In this document: in pieces, positions 39,237 to 48,115 of the stretch
How positions within the stretch are numbered: the first letter of the stretch is position 1
Layout of the letters: every line of letters begins with the position of its first letter
Source: an uncultured Planctomycetales bacterium
Lineage (GTDB): Bacteria > Planctomycetota > Phycisphaerae > UBA1845 > CAYMME01
Assembly: GCA_964391465.1 (NCBI GenBank)
Contig: CAYMME010000002.1
Span: 1 to 58,166 of the forward strand
DNA length: 58,166 bases
Direction of reading: 5' to 3'
Position numbers and translations under genes: made by a program
The notes under the pieces: generated by a model
Database searches by the model: none
Told to the model about the DNA's origin: nothing
Seen by the model: only the letters and a program-made list of their open reading frames with translations

Positions 39237-39347
39237 CTACAGGAGTTCGGCTTCGATCAGGTCGTTGTACGTTTCGCGGCGGCGGAGGTCGCCGCGCGCA
39301 GGCGCAGCTCGGATCAGAAACGTCTCGCCATTACCGAGGCGCTTCAC
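39237..39347 (-). CDS. possible 36-aa small protein translationally coupled to rfaE2
   Basis: Its GTG overlaps the rfaE2 TGA (GTGA). It translates as VKRLGNGETFLIRAAPARGDLRRRETYNDLIEAELL, and 27 of 36 codons end in G or C. No homology evidence. Confidence 0.3.
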   Translation of the reverse strand: MKRLGNGETFLIRAAPARGDLRRRETYNDLIEAELL

Positions 39348-39949
39348 CGAACCTCTGGCGCGCGCGATCGGATCAGATTGATCAGCATCGTGGTGCTCTG
39401 GGATTCGATGATGGGCGCCAGTTCGATGCGGCCGCCGTAGGACTCGACCAGCTCGCGGCCCACCACGCCTCCAGGGACGCCGTAGTGGGCGCCCTTGACC
39501 AGCACGTCGGGCCGAAGCCTCTCCAGCAACACGACCGGCGTCTCCTCCTCGAACCGTACGACGTAGTCGACCGTCTCCAAGGCGGCGAGCATCAGAACCC
39601 GCGAGTGCTCATCGCAAATCGGGCGGTCGGGGGCCTTGTTCTGGAGCCGAACCGATGCGTCGGAGTTCACACCGACCACGACCACATCGCCGAATTGCCG
39701 GCAGGCGTCAAGGAGGCAAACGTGCCCGATGTGGAGCACGTCGAAACACCCGTTGGTGAAGACGACCGTCTCGCCGGCGGCCCGCCGACGGTTCAGCGTT
39801 TCGGCCAGGGCGTCGACCGGCAGAAGCTTGTGACCCAGGCCGGCGGAGAGCGGCTCCAGGTTTGGGGGCAGGTCCAGATGGGCCGCGGGGGGTGCTGGTT
39901 TGGCCGTTGGCTTGCTCACGGGCAGGACTCGTGGCCTCCTTGCCTGCAC
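39344..39949 (-). CDS. rfaE2: D-glycero-beta-D-manno-heptose 1-phosphate adenylyltransferase (RfaE domain II type cytidylyltransferase)
   Basis: VVFTNGCFDVLHIGHVCLLDACRQFGDVVVVGVNSDASVRL...DYVVRFEEETPVVLLERLRPDVLVKG carries the HxGH nucleotidyltransferase motif. The start may be internal to the listed ORF. Confidence 0.85.
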   Translation of the reverse strand: MQARRPRVLPVSKPTAKPAPPAAHLDLPPNLEPLSAGLGHKLLPVDALAETLNRRRAAGETVVFTNGCFDVLHIGHVCLLDACRQFGDVVVVGVNSDASVRLQNKAPDRPICDEHSRVLMLAALETVDYVVRFEEETPVVLLERLRPDVLVKGAHYGVPGGVVGRELVESYGGRIELAPIIESQSTTMLINLIRSRAPEVR

Positions 39950-40100
39950 TCAGTCCCTGGGACCGGGCACGAATCGTTCGGGGTGCAGGGCATCGCTCCG
40001 ATTGACCGAAATTGCCCTTAGAGGGCCCGGCGATGCTATCGGGCCGGGGGGGCGAGTGTCAAATGGGGGACAGTGGATCGTTGCGGCTCCGTGTTGAGGG

Positions 40101-40129
40101 TTGCATCGTTTCCTGTCACAATCTATGGT
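40101..40129 (+). promoter_or_regulatory. candidate sigma70-type promoter for the hydrolase-opp genes
   Basis: TTGCAT (40101-40106), a 17-nt spacer, then TATGGT (40124-40129). Confidence 0.35.
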
Positions 40130-40251
40130 GATGGCCGCATTGGCGCGGACGGCTTGGGGGAAGCCTTGATTTGGCTAGGGGCGGCTCAGGCGTAGTGGCT
40201 TGGGCGCGTGAGTTCGTCTTGGCGATCCAACGGTAGGCCGGTGTCATCAGT

Positions 40252-41433
40252 TTGAGCATCTGGACGGCGGATTACGTGCTGGCGGCCGTAGGCTCACTCT
40301 GGGAGTGGGTGGCGCCGAACTATGCGCTGGTCTCGATCGTCCTGACCGTGACCGCGATGATCCTGGTCCCGGTCCTGATCCTGGCCAAGTACGTCCGCCT
40401 GATCCTGCCGATTCTGAAGGACACGCACCCGCCGCTGTCGCGCGGCCCGCTGGATTTCGACCAGCTTCGAGGTGAGGAAGTCGACTTCCGAGCGTTCGAC
40501 GGGCTGGCGCTGCGTGGGCTCATTCTGACCGGGCGGCATCATGACCGCCCCCGCGGCATGCTGGTCTTCGCTCACGAGTTCGCCAGCGACCGGCACAGTT
40601 GTGCTCGGTATTGCCGTCCGTTGCTCGAGGCCGGCTACGACGTGTTCAGCTTTGACTTCCGCGGGCACGGCGAGTCGAGCCGCGAGAAGGGTTACCAGCC
40701 GTTGCAGTGGGTCACCGACCGCGAGCTGACCGATCTCGAGGGGGCGTTGGCGTTCATCACCGACTGGCTCGATCGCCGCGGCCGGCCGCCCGAGGTGGGG
40801 ATCTTCGGGATCTCGCGCGGTGCGGGGACGGCGATCATCTCCGCCGTCAGTCACGCCCAGGTTCGGGCCATCGTCTGCGACGGCCTGTTCAGCTCGGACA
40901 AGATTCTCGAGCACTTCATGAAGCGGTGGGCGTACATCTTCGCCAAAGTCCGCTTCGTCTACGAGAACCACCATCCGGCCTTCTGGCGGCTGCTACGCTG
41001 GCTGGTGTTCCAGGTGGCCAAGAAGCAACTCAACTGCACGTTTCCGTCGGTGCGCAAGGCGCTCCTGCGGATGTCGCCCCGCCCGATCCTGTTCATTCAC
41101 GGCGCGAGGGACAGTTACATCCCGGTCGATCACGTGCGTGACCTGTACGCACAGGCTCACGACCCCAAGGAGATGTGGGTTGTGCCGGCGGCCAAGCACA
41201 ATCAATCCGTCGTCGTGCGGCCCGAGCAGTACGCGTCGCGGACCGTGGCGTTCTTCGACGAGCACCTCGCCCGTGGCCGGACCTTGGCGGTCGAGCCGGC
41301 GCCCGCGCCCGTCGTTGCCGAGGCCGGCCGCGTGTACCATCGCACGCCGTCCGGTGTGATCCCGGCCAGCCCGTCACCGGCCGCGACGAAGGCCAACTCG
41401 GACTCCGTCGTCGGCATGCCGTCCGAGTCCTGA
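40252..41433 (+). CDS. membrane-anchored alpha/beta hydrolase (peptidase-like)
   Basis: N-terminal TM helices, then FAHEFASDRH...FDFRGHGES, a nucleophile elbow GISRGAG, and distal FIHGARDSYIP and AAKHNQ elements. TTG start at 40252, and the start is uncertain. Confidence 0.78.
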   Translation: MSIWTADYVLAAVGSLWEWVAPNYALVSIVLTVTAMILVPVLILAKYVRLILPILKDTHPPLSRGPLDFDQLRGEEVDFRAFDGLALRGLILTGRHHDRPRGMLVFAHEFASDRHSCARYCRPLLEAGYDVFSFDFRGHGESSREKGYQPLQWVTDRELTDLEGALAFITDWLDRRGRPPEVGIFGISRGAGTAIISAVSHAQVRAIVCDGLFSSDKILEHFMKRWAYIFAKVRFVYENHHPAFWRLLRWLVFQVAKKQLNCTFPSVRKALLRMSPRPILFIHGARDSYIPVDHVRDLYAQAHDPKEMWVVPAAKHNQSVVVRPEQYASRTVAFFDEHLARGRTLAVEPAPAPVVAEAGRVYHRTPSGVIPASPSPAATKANSDSVVGMPSES

Positions 41434-41453
41434 CGCCGGCCCGGAGGGACCGC

Positions 41454-43232
41454 GTGTACCGATTCCTTGTGGTCGCCAGCGTGATGACGATCGTCGGCCT
41501 GATCGCCGTCATCACACTTTCCTACACCCCGTCGCAGGCCGACTGCGTCATCGCCATCGAGTCGGAATGCACCACGCTCGACCCGCACTTGATGCGCTGG
41601 ACCCACGAGCACCGCATCGGACGCGCCCTCTTCGAGGGGCTGAGCGAGACGGATCCGGAGACCATGCGCCCCGGGCCGGGCGTTGCCCATCGCTGGGAGG
41701 TCTCGCCCGACGGGTTGGTCTATACCTTTCACCTTCGTGACGATGCCCGCTGGAGCAACGGTGATCCGGTGACGGCCGAGGACTTCTACTGGGGCTGGGA
41801 GCGGGCGCTGAACGCACGCCTCGGTTCCGAGTACAGCAACCTGGCGTTTCCCATCAAGAACGCCAAGGCCTACTACGACTCGATTCTCGCTCACGCGACG
41901 GATCCGACGCACCCGGTGCTTCCTCTCGCCGAGGTGGGTGTACGGACCGAAGGGTCGCACAAGCTGATCGTCGAGTTGGAGAATCCCTGCACCTACTTCC
42001 TGGAAATCCTGGCCAACTCGATTCTCTTCCCGGTGCACCGCGCCACCTACGAGCGCACGGGCGCGTACCGGTGGCCCGCCGCGGCGGCCAGCGGGCCGAG
42101 CGGACCCTACGCGCCGGGACACGACAACTTCACGCGCAGGCACATCGCGTCTCAGGCGGGCACCATGGTCAGCAACGGGGCCTACGTCCTCGAGGAGTGG
42201 GACTTCAAGCGGCGGATGGTCCTGCAGAAGAACCCGCACTACTGGGACCGGGACAACGTGCCACTCGAGCGCATCGAAGTGCTGCCGATCGAGGACCCGA
42301 ACACATCCTTCATGGCCTACGAAACGCGCGTTGTCGAGTGGATGGACAAGCCGACGTCGCGGATCATGCAGCGTCTGGTCGAGATGCACAGGCAAGGGGA
42401 ACGAGAGGACTTCCACCGGACACCGAACTACGGCACGTACTTCTACGTGTTCAACTGTACGAAGCCGCCGTTCGACGACGCGCACGTGCGACGTGCGTTC
42501 ACGATGGCCGTCGACAAGTTGCGCATCTGCGAAACCGTAACGGGAATCGGCGAGACGCCCGCGGCCGTGCTCGTGCCGCCGCTCGGTCGCGAGGCCTCGG
42601 CACAGGTGGGACCGGACGGAACGCAGTACTACTACGATCAGCCTGCGGGACTGCCATACGATGTCGAGCGCGCGCGGCGAGAACTCGAAGCTGCGGGCTG
42701 GGCGGAGACGGACGGTCGCTGGCAGCGCGACGGCACGCCGTTTCCCGCCATCGAGATCTCCTATAACACGCTGGAAGCCCACAGCCTCATCGCTCAAGCG
42801 ATCGGCAAGATGTGGGAGGAAGCGTTCGGCGTGGAAACCACACTACGAAACGTGGAGCTCAAGGTTTACGACGAGTTGCGCAAGAACAAGGAGTACATGG
42901 TCGGACGCTATTCGTGGTACGGTGACTACCTCGATCCGACCACGTTCCTGAACATGTATCGCACGGGCGACGGGTTCAACGACGCCGGTTGGTCCGACCC
43001 GCGCTATGACGCGCTGCTCGAGCAGGCCGCGCGTGAGGCGAATCCCGGGAAGCGATTCGACCTGCTCCGGCAGGCCGAGACCCTCCTCGTCGAGCAGGGG
43101 CTGCCCGTCCTGCCCATCTACCATTACGTCGGCGTCTCCATGTACCGGTCAAACGTCCAAGGGGTGACGGACAACATCCGCGACTGGCTGTTCATCAAGA
43201 AGCTGTCGATCAAGCGGGGCGAGCCGACATGA
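41454..43232 (+). CDS. peptide ABC transporter substrate-binding protein (family 5, OppA/DppA-like)
   Basis: The GTG at 41454 is preceded by GGAGGGA and gives a TM/signal anchor. LVYTFHLRDDARWSNGDPVTAEDFYWGWERALN and YNTLEAHSLIAQAIGKMWEEAFGVETTLRNVE are typical of family 5 binding proteins. Confidence 0.88.
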   Translation: MYRFLVVASVMTIVGLIAVITLSYTPSQADCVIAIESECTTLDPHLMRWTHEHRIGRALFEGLSETDPETMRPGPGVAHRWEVSPDGLVYTFHLRDDARWSNGDPVTAEDFYWGWERALNARLGSEYSNLAFPIKNAKAYYDSILAHATDPTHPVLPLAEVGVRTEGSHKLIVELENPCTYFLEILANSILFPVHRATYERTGAYRWPAAAASGPSGPYAPGHDNFTRRHIASQAGTMVSNGAYVLEEWDFKRRMVLQKNPHYWDRDNVPLERIEVLPIEDPNTSFMAYETRVVEWMDKPTSRIMQRLVEMHRQGEREDFHRTPNYGTYFYVFNCTKPPFDDAHVRRAFTMAVDKLRICETVTGIGETPAAVLVPPLGREASAQVGPDGTQYYYDQPAGLPYDVERARRELEAAGWAETDGRWQRDGTPFPAIEISYNTLEAHSLIAQAIGKMWEEAFGVETTLRNVELKVYDELRKNKEYMVGRYSWYGDYLDPTTFLNMYRTGDGFNDAGWSDPRYDALLEQAAREANPGKRFDLLRQAETLLVEQGLPVLPIYHYVGVSMYRSNVQGVTDNIRDWLFIKKLSIKRGEPT

Positions 43233-44158
43233 TTGCGTTCGTCGTTCGTCGGCTGCTGCAACTCCCGCTGATCCTGTTCGCGGTCTACTCCCTCACCGCG
43301 TTCCTGCTGTGGGCCAAACCGGGCGATCCGCTCAATACCGGTCCGAAGCCGCCCAATCCCGCGGCGCTGGAAGCCAAGAAGATCCGCTACAGCATGGACA
43401 AGCCCGCCGTCGTGCGTTTCCTGGCCGTCTACCCGAAGCAGTTGGTGGTCGACGGCACCCTGCCCTCGTTTCAGTACATGGACTGGACGGTGCCGGAGAT
43501 CATCCGGATGTCGTTTCCGGTGTCGTTCCAGCTTGGCCTCTTCTCGTTGATTCTCGCCACGCTCGGCGGCACGGCCGCGGGTATGGTCAGTGCGGTACGG
43601 CGCAACACTTGGCTCGATCACCTTTCGCTGGGTATCGCCCTGATCGGCATCTCGCTGCCGGTGTTCGTGATCGCAGAGGCGTCGCTCATCGTCTTCTCGG
43701 TGTGGTGGGAGGTACTGCCGGTCGGCGGATGGGGCCGCCCGTCGCAGTTGATCCTGCCGGGAATCACGCTATCGCTGCCGTTCATGGCCTACATGGCGCG
43801 GCTCATGCGGGCGGCCATGCTCGACGTGCTCGATAGCGACTACATCCGCACCGCCAAGGCCAAGGGACTCACGGGCCGAGTGATCGTGCTCAAGCATGCG
43901 TTCAAGAACGCGTTCCTGCCGATTCTCAGCTTCCTCGGCCCGGCCGCCGCGGGCATCTTCACCGGCTCGTTCGTCGTGGAGAAGATCTTCAACATCCCCG
44001 GGCTCGGCACGCACTTCGTCAACTCGGTGCTTAACGGTGACCAGACGCTGGCGCTGGGTGTCGTGCTGCTCTACTCGACGCTCCTTGTGCTTTTCAACTT
44101 GCTCGTCGACATCGGCTACGCCGTCGTCGATCCGCGCATTCGCATGGAGCGGCGATGA
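43229..44158 (+). CDS. peptide ABC transporter permease (OppB/DppB-like)
   Basis: ATGA overlap with the upstream stop. DYIRTAKAKGLTGRVIVLKHAFKNAFLPILSFLG is the classic EAA loop. Confidence 0.92.
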   Translation: MIAFVVRRLLQLPLILFAVYSLTAFLLWAKPGDPLNTGPKPPNPAALEAKKIRYSMDKPAVVRFLAVYPKQLVVDGTLPSFQYMDWTVPEIIRMSFPVSFQLGLFSLILATLGGTAAGMVSAVRRNTWLDHLSLGIALIGISLPVFVIAEASLIVFSVWWEVLPVGGWGRPSQLILPGITLSLPFMAYMARLMRAAMLDVLDSDYIRTAKAKGLTGRVIVLKHAFKNAFLPILSFLGPAAAGIFTGSFVVEKIFNIPGLGTHFVNSVLNGDQTLALGVVLLYSTLLVLFNLLVDIGYAVVDPRIRMERR

Positions 44159-44198
44159 CGGGCAGACACGACCAACACCGCGCGCGCAGAAGCCCTGG

Positions 44199-44411
44199 AG
44201 GGGCGATAGTCAATAGCCAGGGGCGTAAGCCACGCCCAGGGGCTTGCGCCCCGTACGTGTTTGGCGTCGGGTGCCACTGGCAGCTTGCCTGCCAGTGCCT
44301 TGCCGGCAAACACGGGCGGGCAAGCCGCCCGTGGCACCCCGAAACGCGGACCGGCGCTACTGAGAGCACCCTGAGCGCGTGCCACGCCCCTGGCGATTCA
44401 CTACCGCCCCT
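44199..44411. repeat. MITE-like composite palindromic element in the oppB-oppC spacer
   Basis: The terminal inverted repeats AGGGGCGATAGTCAATAGCCAGGGGCGT (44199-44226) and the reverse complement of 44383-44411 match at 25 of 28 positions. They flank an extended REP family 1 unit (44255-44367; core 44269-44339). Confidence 0.8.
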
Positions 44412-44453
44412 CACGGGGCTGCTCTTCGCGCTGCGTCGACGGGGTGGCCGAGC

Positions 44454-45389
44454 ATGAACGCATCAGACGCTACGGTTGGCGCTGCCTCGTTCGACGACGC
44501 CGTCGGCGCGCCGGCGACGACGACCACGCCGTGGCGGCGATTCGTGCGCAACCCTTCGGCGATTGCCGGGTTGATCGTGCTCGGGTTGATGCTTGTGATC
44601 TGTTTCGGGTCACTGCCGTGGACGCTTCAGGCGTACAACGAACAGGACCTGTTGAGGCACCATGAGGAGCCGAGCCGCGATTACTGGTTCGGAACCGACG
44701 ACCTCGGGCGGAGCCTGGCCGCGCGGACACTGTTCGGCGGCACGACGTCGCTGACCCTGGGCATCTGTGCGGCCGGGATCAGCGTGATCATCGGTGTGGC
44801 CTGGGGCACGGTGTCCGCATATGCGGGCGGGCGCGTCGACAACGTCATGATGCGCGTCGTCGACATCCTCTACTCGCTACCCTACATCCTGCTCGTGATG
44901 CTGTTCACGCTGTCGGTGCGCCCGCACCTGGCCGAGTTGTTCGACATTCAGTGGGCCACGTTCATTGTGCTCGCCTTGGCCATCGGAGGCGTGAGTTGGT
45001 TGACCATGGCGCGGGTCGTTCGCGGGCAGGTGCTCTCGCTCCGCGAGCAACCGTTCGTCGAGGCCGCCCGGGCCGCCGGGTTGCGGTGGCACCACATCAT
45101 CCTGCGACACATTCTGCCGAACCTGGTCGGCCCGATCGTGGTCTACGCAACGCTAACCGTGCCTCAAGCCATCCTTCAGGAATCGTTCCTGAGCTTCCTC
45201 GGCATCGGCGTGCAGGACCCGCAGGCCACCTGGGGCTCGCTCGCCGCCCGGGCCATCGAGTCGATCAACACCGTCCGCGTTGACTGGTGGATCGTCTTCT
45301 TCCCCTGCGCCGCCCTCGCCCTGACGCTGCTGTCACTCAACTTCGTCGGCGACGGCCTGCGCGACGCGTTCGATCCGAAGTCGAAGTGA
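44454..45389 (+). CDS. peptide ABC transporter permease (OppC/DppC-like)
   Basis: The start MNASDATVG lies just after the repeat element. WFGTDDLGRSLAARTLFGG and FVEAARAAGLRWHHIILRHILPNLVGPIVV are OppC hallmarks. The ORF-track start at 44379 lies inside the repeat. Confidence 0.9.
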   Translation: MNASDATVGAASFDDAVGAPATTTTPWRRFVRNPSAIAGLIVLGLMLVICFGSLPWTLQAYNEQDLLRHHEEPSRDYWFGTDDLGRSLAARTLFGGTTSLTLGICAAGISVIIGVAWGTVSAYAGGRVDNVMMRVVDILYSLPYILLVMLFTLSVRPHLAELFDIQWATFIVLALAIGGVSWLTMARVVRGQVLSLREQPFVEAARAAGLRWHHIILRHILPNLVGPIVVYATLTVPQAILQESFLSFLGIGVQDPQATWGSLAARAIESINTVRVDWWIVFFPCAALALTLLSLNFVGDGLRDAFDPKSK

Positions 45390-45409
45390 GCGCCTTCAAC
45401 GCACCTGCT

Positions 45410-45566
45410 GGGTGCCACGGGCAGCTTGTCTGCCCGTGCAAGGGTGGGGGACGGACCGATCCGTTCGGGGCGTTGGCGGTTGTCGCATGTTTCCGTCCCC
45501 CACCCTTCGCAGACAGCCGCGAAGGATGGGGCACCCGCACTGGCGGACAAGCCGCCAGTGGTGCCC
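45410..45566. repeat. composite repeat: REP family 1 arms split by a family 2 unit
   Basis: The left arm is GGGTGCCACGGGCAGCTTGTCTGCCCGTG (45410-45438) and the right arm is CACTGGCGGACAAGCCGCCAGTGGTGCCC (45538-45566). Between them, GGGTGGGGGACGGA (45442-45455) pairs with TCCGTCCCCCACCC (45492-45505). The family 2 unit TCCGTCCCCCACCCTTCGCAGACAGCCGCGAAGGATGGGGCACCC spans 45492-45536. Confidence 0.85.
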
Positions 45567-45599
45567 GGCACTCTCACGCAGTCGGTAGATGCGGGTAGT

Positions 45600-46172
45600 T
45601 CAGACGCGGTGGGCCTGTTGGTATTGCGTGAGCAGCGCGTGGGCCTCAGTCATGATCGCCTCGGCGCGTTCCATACAGGACCACACTTCATCGATGTAGC
45701 CGTCGACCGATGCGGACCACGTGCGGTTGATGAGACGTTCCGCGGTGGCGAACCGACTCATGAGGTCGGCGTAGGGCTGCAGGCCGTAGCGAGGAATCAG
45801 GGCCTCTCGTGCGTCGGCGAAGGTCCCGAGGTCCTCCGCCACGGTCGCGTCAATCGCGGCGTACACGTCGTAGACGCTGATGGTCTCGCGCTTCTCGTTC
45901 AGGCCTCGGAGCGTAGACACCAGCCGAGTGAGGCTGCTTTCCAGCGTTTGCAGGTCAGCCTCGACCTTGTGCGAGTGGGACGCATCCCGGCGGCCCGTCA
46001 AGCGCAGCAACACGACACCGATCAGCCCGGCGACAAACGCGGCCCCGTAGCCGGTCCAGGCAACGGACTCCCACGGCCGATCCGCCACCTCGGCGCGGCA
46101 CACGGCAGCGAACGCGGCCCCCAGGAAGCCCGCCAGCAGCAAGACGAAACCAAGTGCCCGCGCACCACGCAT
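45600..46172 (-). CDS. hypothetical 2-TM membrane protein coupled to the OPT transporter
   Basis: The ATG at 46172 lies 2 nt after the OPT stop (46175-46177). MRGARALGFVLLLAGFLGAAFAAV is followed by a second TM helix and a soluble helical domain. The ORF-track extension to 46826 overlaps the OPT gene. Confidence 0.6.
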   Translation of the reverse strand: MRGARALGFVLLLAGFLGAAFAAVCRAEVADRPWESVAWTGYGAAFVAGLIGVVLLRLTGRRDASHSHKVEADLQTLESSLTRLVSTLRGLNEKRETISVYDVYAAIDATVAEDLGTFADAREALIPRYGLQPYADLMSRFATAERLINRTWSASVDGYIDEVWSCMERAEAIMTEAHALLTQYQQAHRV

Positions 46173-46174
46173 GG

Positions 46175-48025
46175 TCAAACCCCAGCGCTGAGTATCTGAT
46201 AGAAAGCGTTCCCCACGCCGACCAGCGCCTCGCCGACGATCAGCCCGGCCGCAATGGGGATGCCGACGTCCTCGACGAACCGGCGCCCCTTGAAGTGCTC
46301 GACGCCGATCCGGGTCAGACACCCGATCGTGTACGTCAGCACGATGGCAAACGGCATGTAGAATCCCAGGGCGATCATCACGCCGATGCCGCCCAAACCG
46401 CTGCACGCCAGCAGCGCCCCGAGCCCCGCCCCGGCCGCGTAACGCCCGACCGGCACGTCGCCTCCAATGATCCCGTCGATTACCGCCGCGAGCGCCGTCG
46501 CCTGTGGAGCGGGAAGCTGCTTGCTGCCGATTTCGTAGGCCTCTTCGAGCGCGAACATGAGTGCCACGACGAGGATGGGCCCCAGCCAGGTTCCAAGCAA
46601 CTGAGCGATCTGCTGTTTCTTGGGGCTGGCCCCGACGAGGTAGCCTGCCTTCAAGTCGAGCATCATGTCGCCGGCCTGGGCAATCGCGACGCAGATCGCC
46701 GCACCAACCATGATCGAACTGATGACTGCCGCCGCATCCCCCAGCGCACCGACGATCAGGATCAGGATGGTCACCGCGATCAAGGTCATACCCGACAGCG
46801 GTGACCAGTTCGTCCGGCCCAGGCACTCGGAGACAATCACGCCGGCAACCCAGATCCAGAGCGTGCCGAGCAGGGCCATCGCCACCGCGCGTCCGATCGT
46901 CATTTCCGGGACCGACCGTAGGGCAATCACGGCCAGCGCCACTGCGCCGGCCGCGATCGCCACGTACAACACCTTGATGGGCATCTCGTCCGGCTGGATG
47001 GCGGTCCCGTGTTCCGCCCGCCGCGCCGCATCCTGCATCGACTTGAGAGCGCTGCGGATCAGGGGTGCGGCCGCGATGATGCCCCCGATCGCCGCCCCAA
47101 TGAGCATGCCGATTCCGCAGGGCCGGAAGAGCTGTAGACGCAACACCTCCGGCACGTGCTCCGTAAGGTCAGCCTTGGCTTGGTCACCCAGCGCCTCCCC
47201 GCGCGCCTCCGCCGCAGCAACGGGGTAGAGCATCTCTTGCACTTCCGGTGCCGAGACCTGTGTGAGCAATGGTGCCAGCAAGAAGTAGCAGATGAACCCA
47301 CCATAGCCGAACACCATCCCTCCCCGGCCCGAGAGGAAGCCGACCCCGATGGTCATCATCGACAGGAAGAACGTGATGTTCAGAAAGCTGGGCAACTCCA
47401 GCGCGCGCCCGACCGGCCATGTGGGGTCATCGCCCAGCGTCGCGATTAACGTCAAGTAGACTGCACCGGACACGACCGCGCCACCCAGCAGGAGGACGGC
47501 CTTGCGCAGCCCTGCGCCCGGCGATCGCAGAATGGCCGCCACCGCAATCCCGCCCGGATAGGCGAGCCGGTTGAAATCGATCATCTGCTTACGAAGTGGA
47601 ATGATGAACGCCAGTCCGAGCACACCGCCGGTGATGCAGGCGAGCACCATCAGCGGTGCGCTGAACTCCGCGACGCCGCCGTAACGGTCGGGATCGCTCC
47701 GGGCGAGAATGAACACGGCGGGCACCGAGAACATGATCCCCGCCGATGCCCCGTTGACCGCCGAGGCGATCGTCTGGTTGATGTTGTTCTCGATGATGCT
47801 GGTGCGCCGCAGCATCCCGCGCAGAATGCCCCACCCGAGGATTGCCGCCAGCTCGGAACCCTCTATCGAGAATCCGAGGATCAGCGCCGCGTAGCCGATC
47901 GACACGGCGATGACCGCCCCGAGCAGGTAGCCGATGAGCAGTGCCGGCAGCGTCAGCTCGGGATAGGCGCCGTGGCGGATGACGCGCCCCTGCTCATCGA
48001 TCTCATGTCCCTGGCTGGGTGCCAA
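46175..48025 (-). CDS. OPT family oligopeptide transporter
   Basis: 616 aa and polytopic. The N-terminus ELTLPALLIGYLLGAVIAVSIGYAALILGFSIEGSELAAILGWGILRG...NNINQTIASAVNGASAGIMFSVPA is characteristic of bacterial OPT proteins. Confidence 0.85.
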   Translation of the reverse strand: MAPSQGHEIDEQGRVIRHGAYPELTLPALLIGYLLGAVIAVSIGYAALILGFSIEGSELAAILGWGILRGMLRRTSIIENNINQTIASAVNGASAGIMFSVPAVFILARSDPDRYGGVAEFSAPLMVLACITGGVLGLAFIIPLRKQMIDFNRLAYPGGIAVAAILRSPGAGLRKAVLLLGGAVVSGAVYLTLIATLGDDPTWPVGRALELPSFLNITFFLSMMTIGVGFLSGRGGMVFGYGGFICYFLLAPLLTQVSAPEVQEMLYPVAAAEARGEALGDQAKADLTEHVPEVLRLQLFRPCGIGMLIGAAIGGIIAAAPLIRSALKSMQDAARRAEHGTAIQPDEMPIKVLYVAIAAGAVALAVIALRSVPEMTIGRAVAMALLGTLWIWVAGVIVSECLGRTNWSPLSGMTLIAVTILILIVGALGDAAAVISSIMVGAAICVAIAQAGDMMLDLKAGYLVGASPKKQQIAQLLGTWLGPILVVALMFALEEAYEIGSKQLPAPQATALAAVIDGIIGGDVPVGRYAAGAGLGALLACSGLGGIGVMIALGFYMPFAIVLTYTIGCLTRIGVEHFKGRRFVEDVGIPIAAGLIVGEALVGVGNAFYQILSAGV

Positions 48026-48115
48026 TCACTTGCCTTTCTGTGGGCGGCGTTCGGGCTGCACGGCGGTCGACCGACCAAGCTCCCGGTGCGAAACGCGATT
48101 CTCGCCCCGGCCCCG

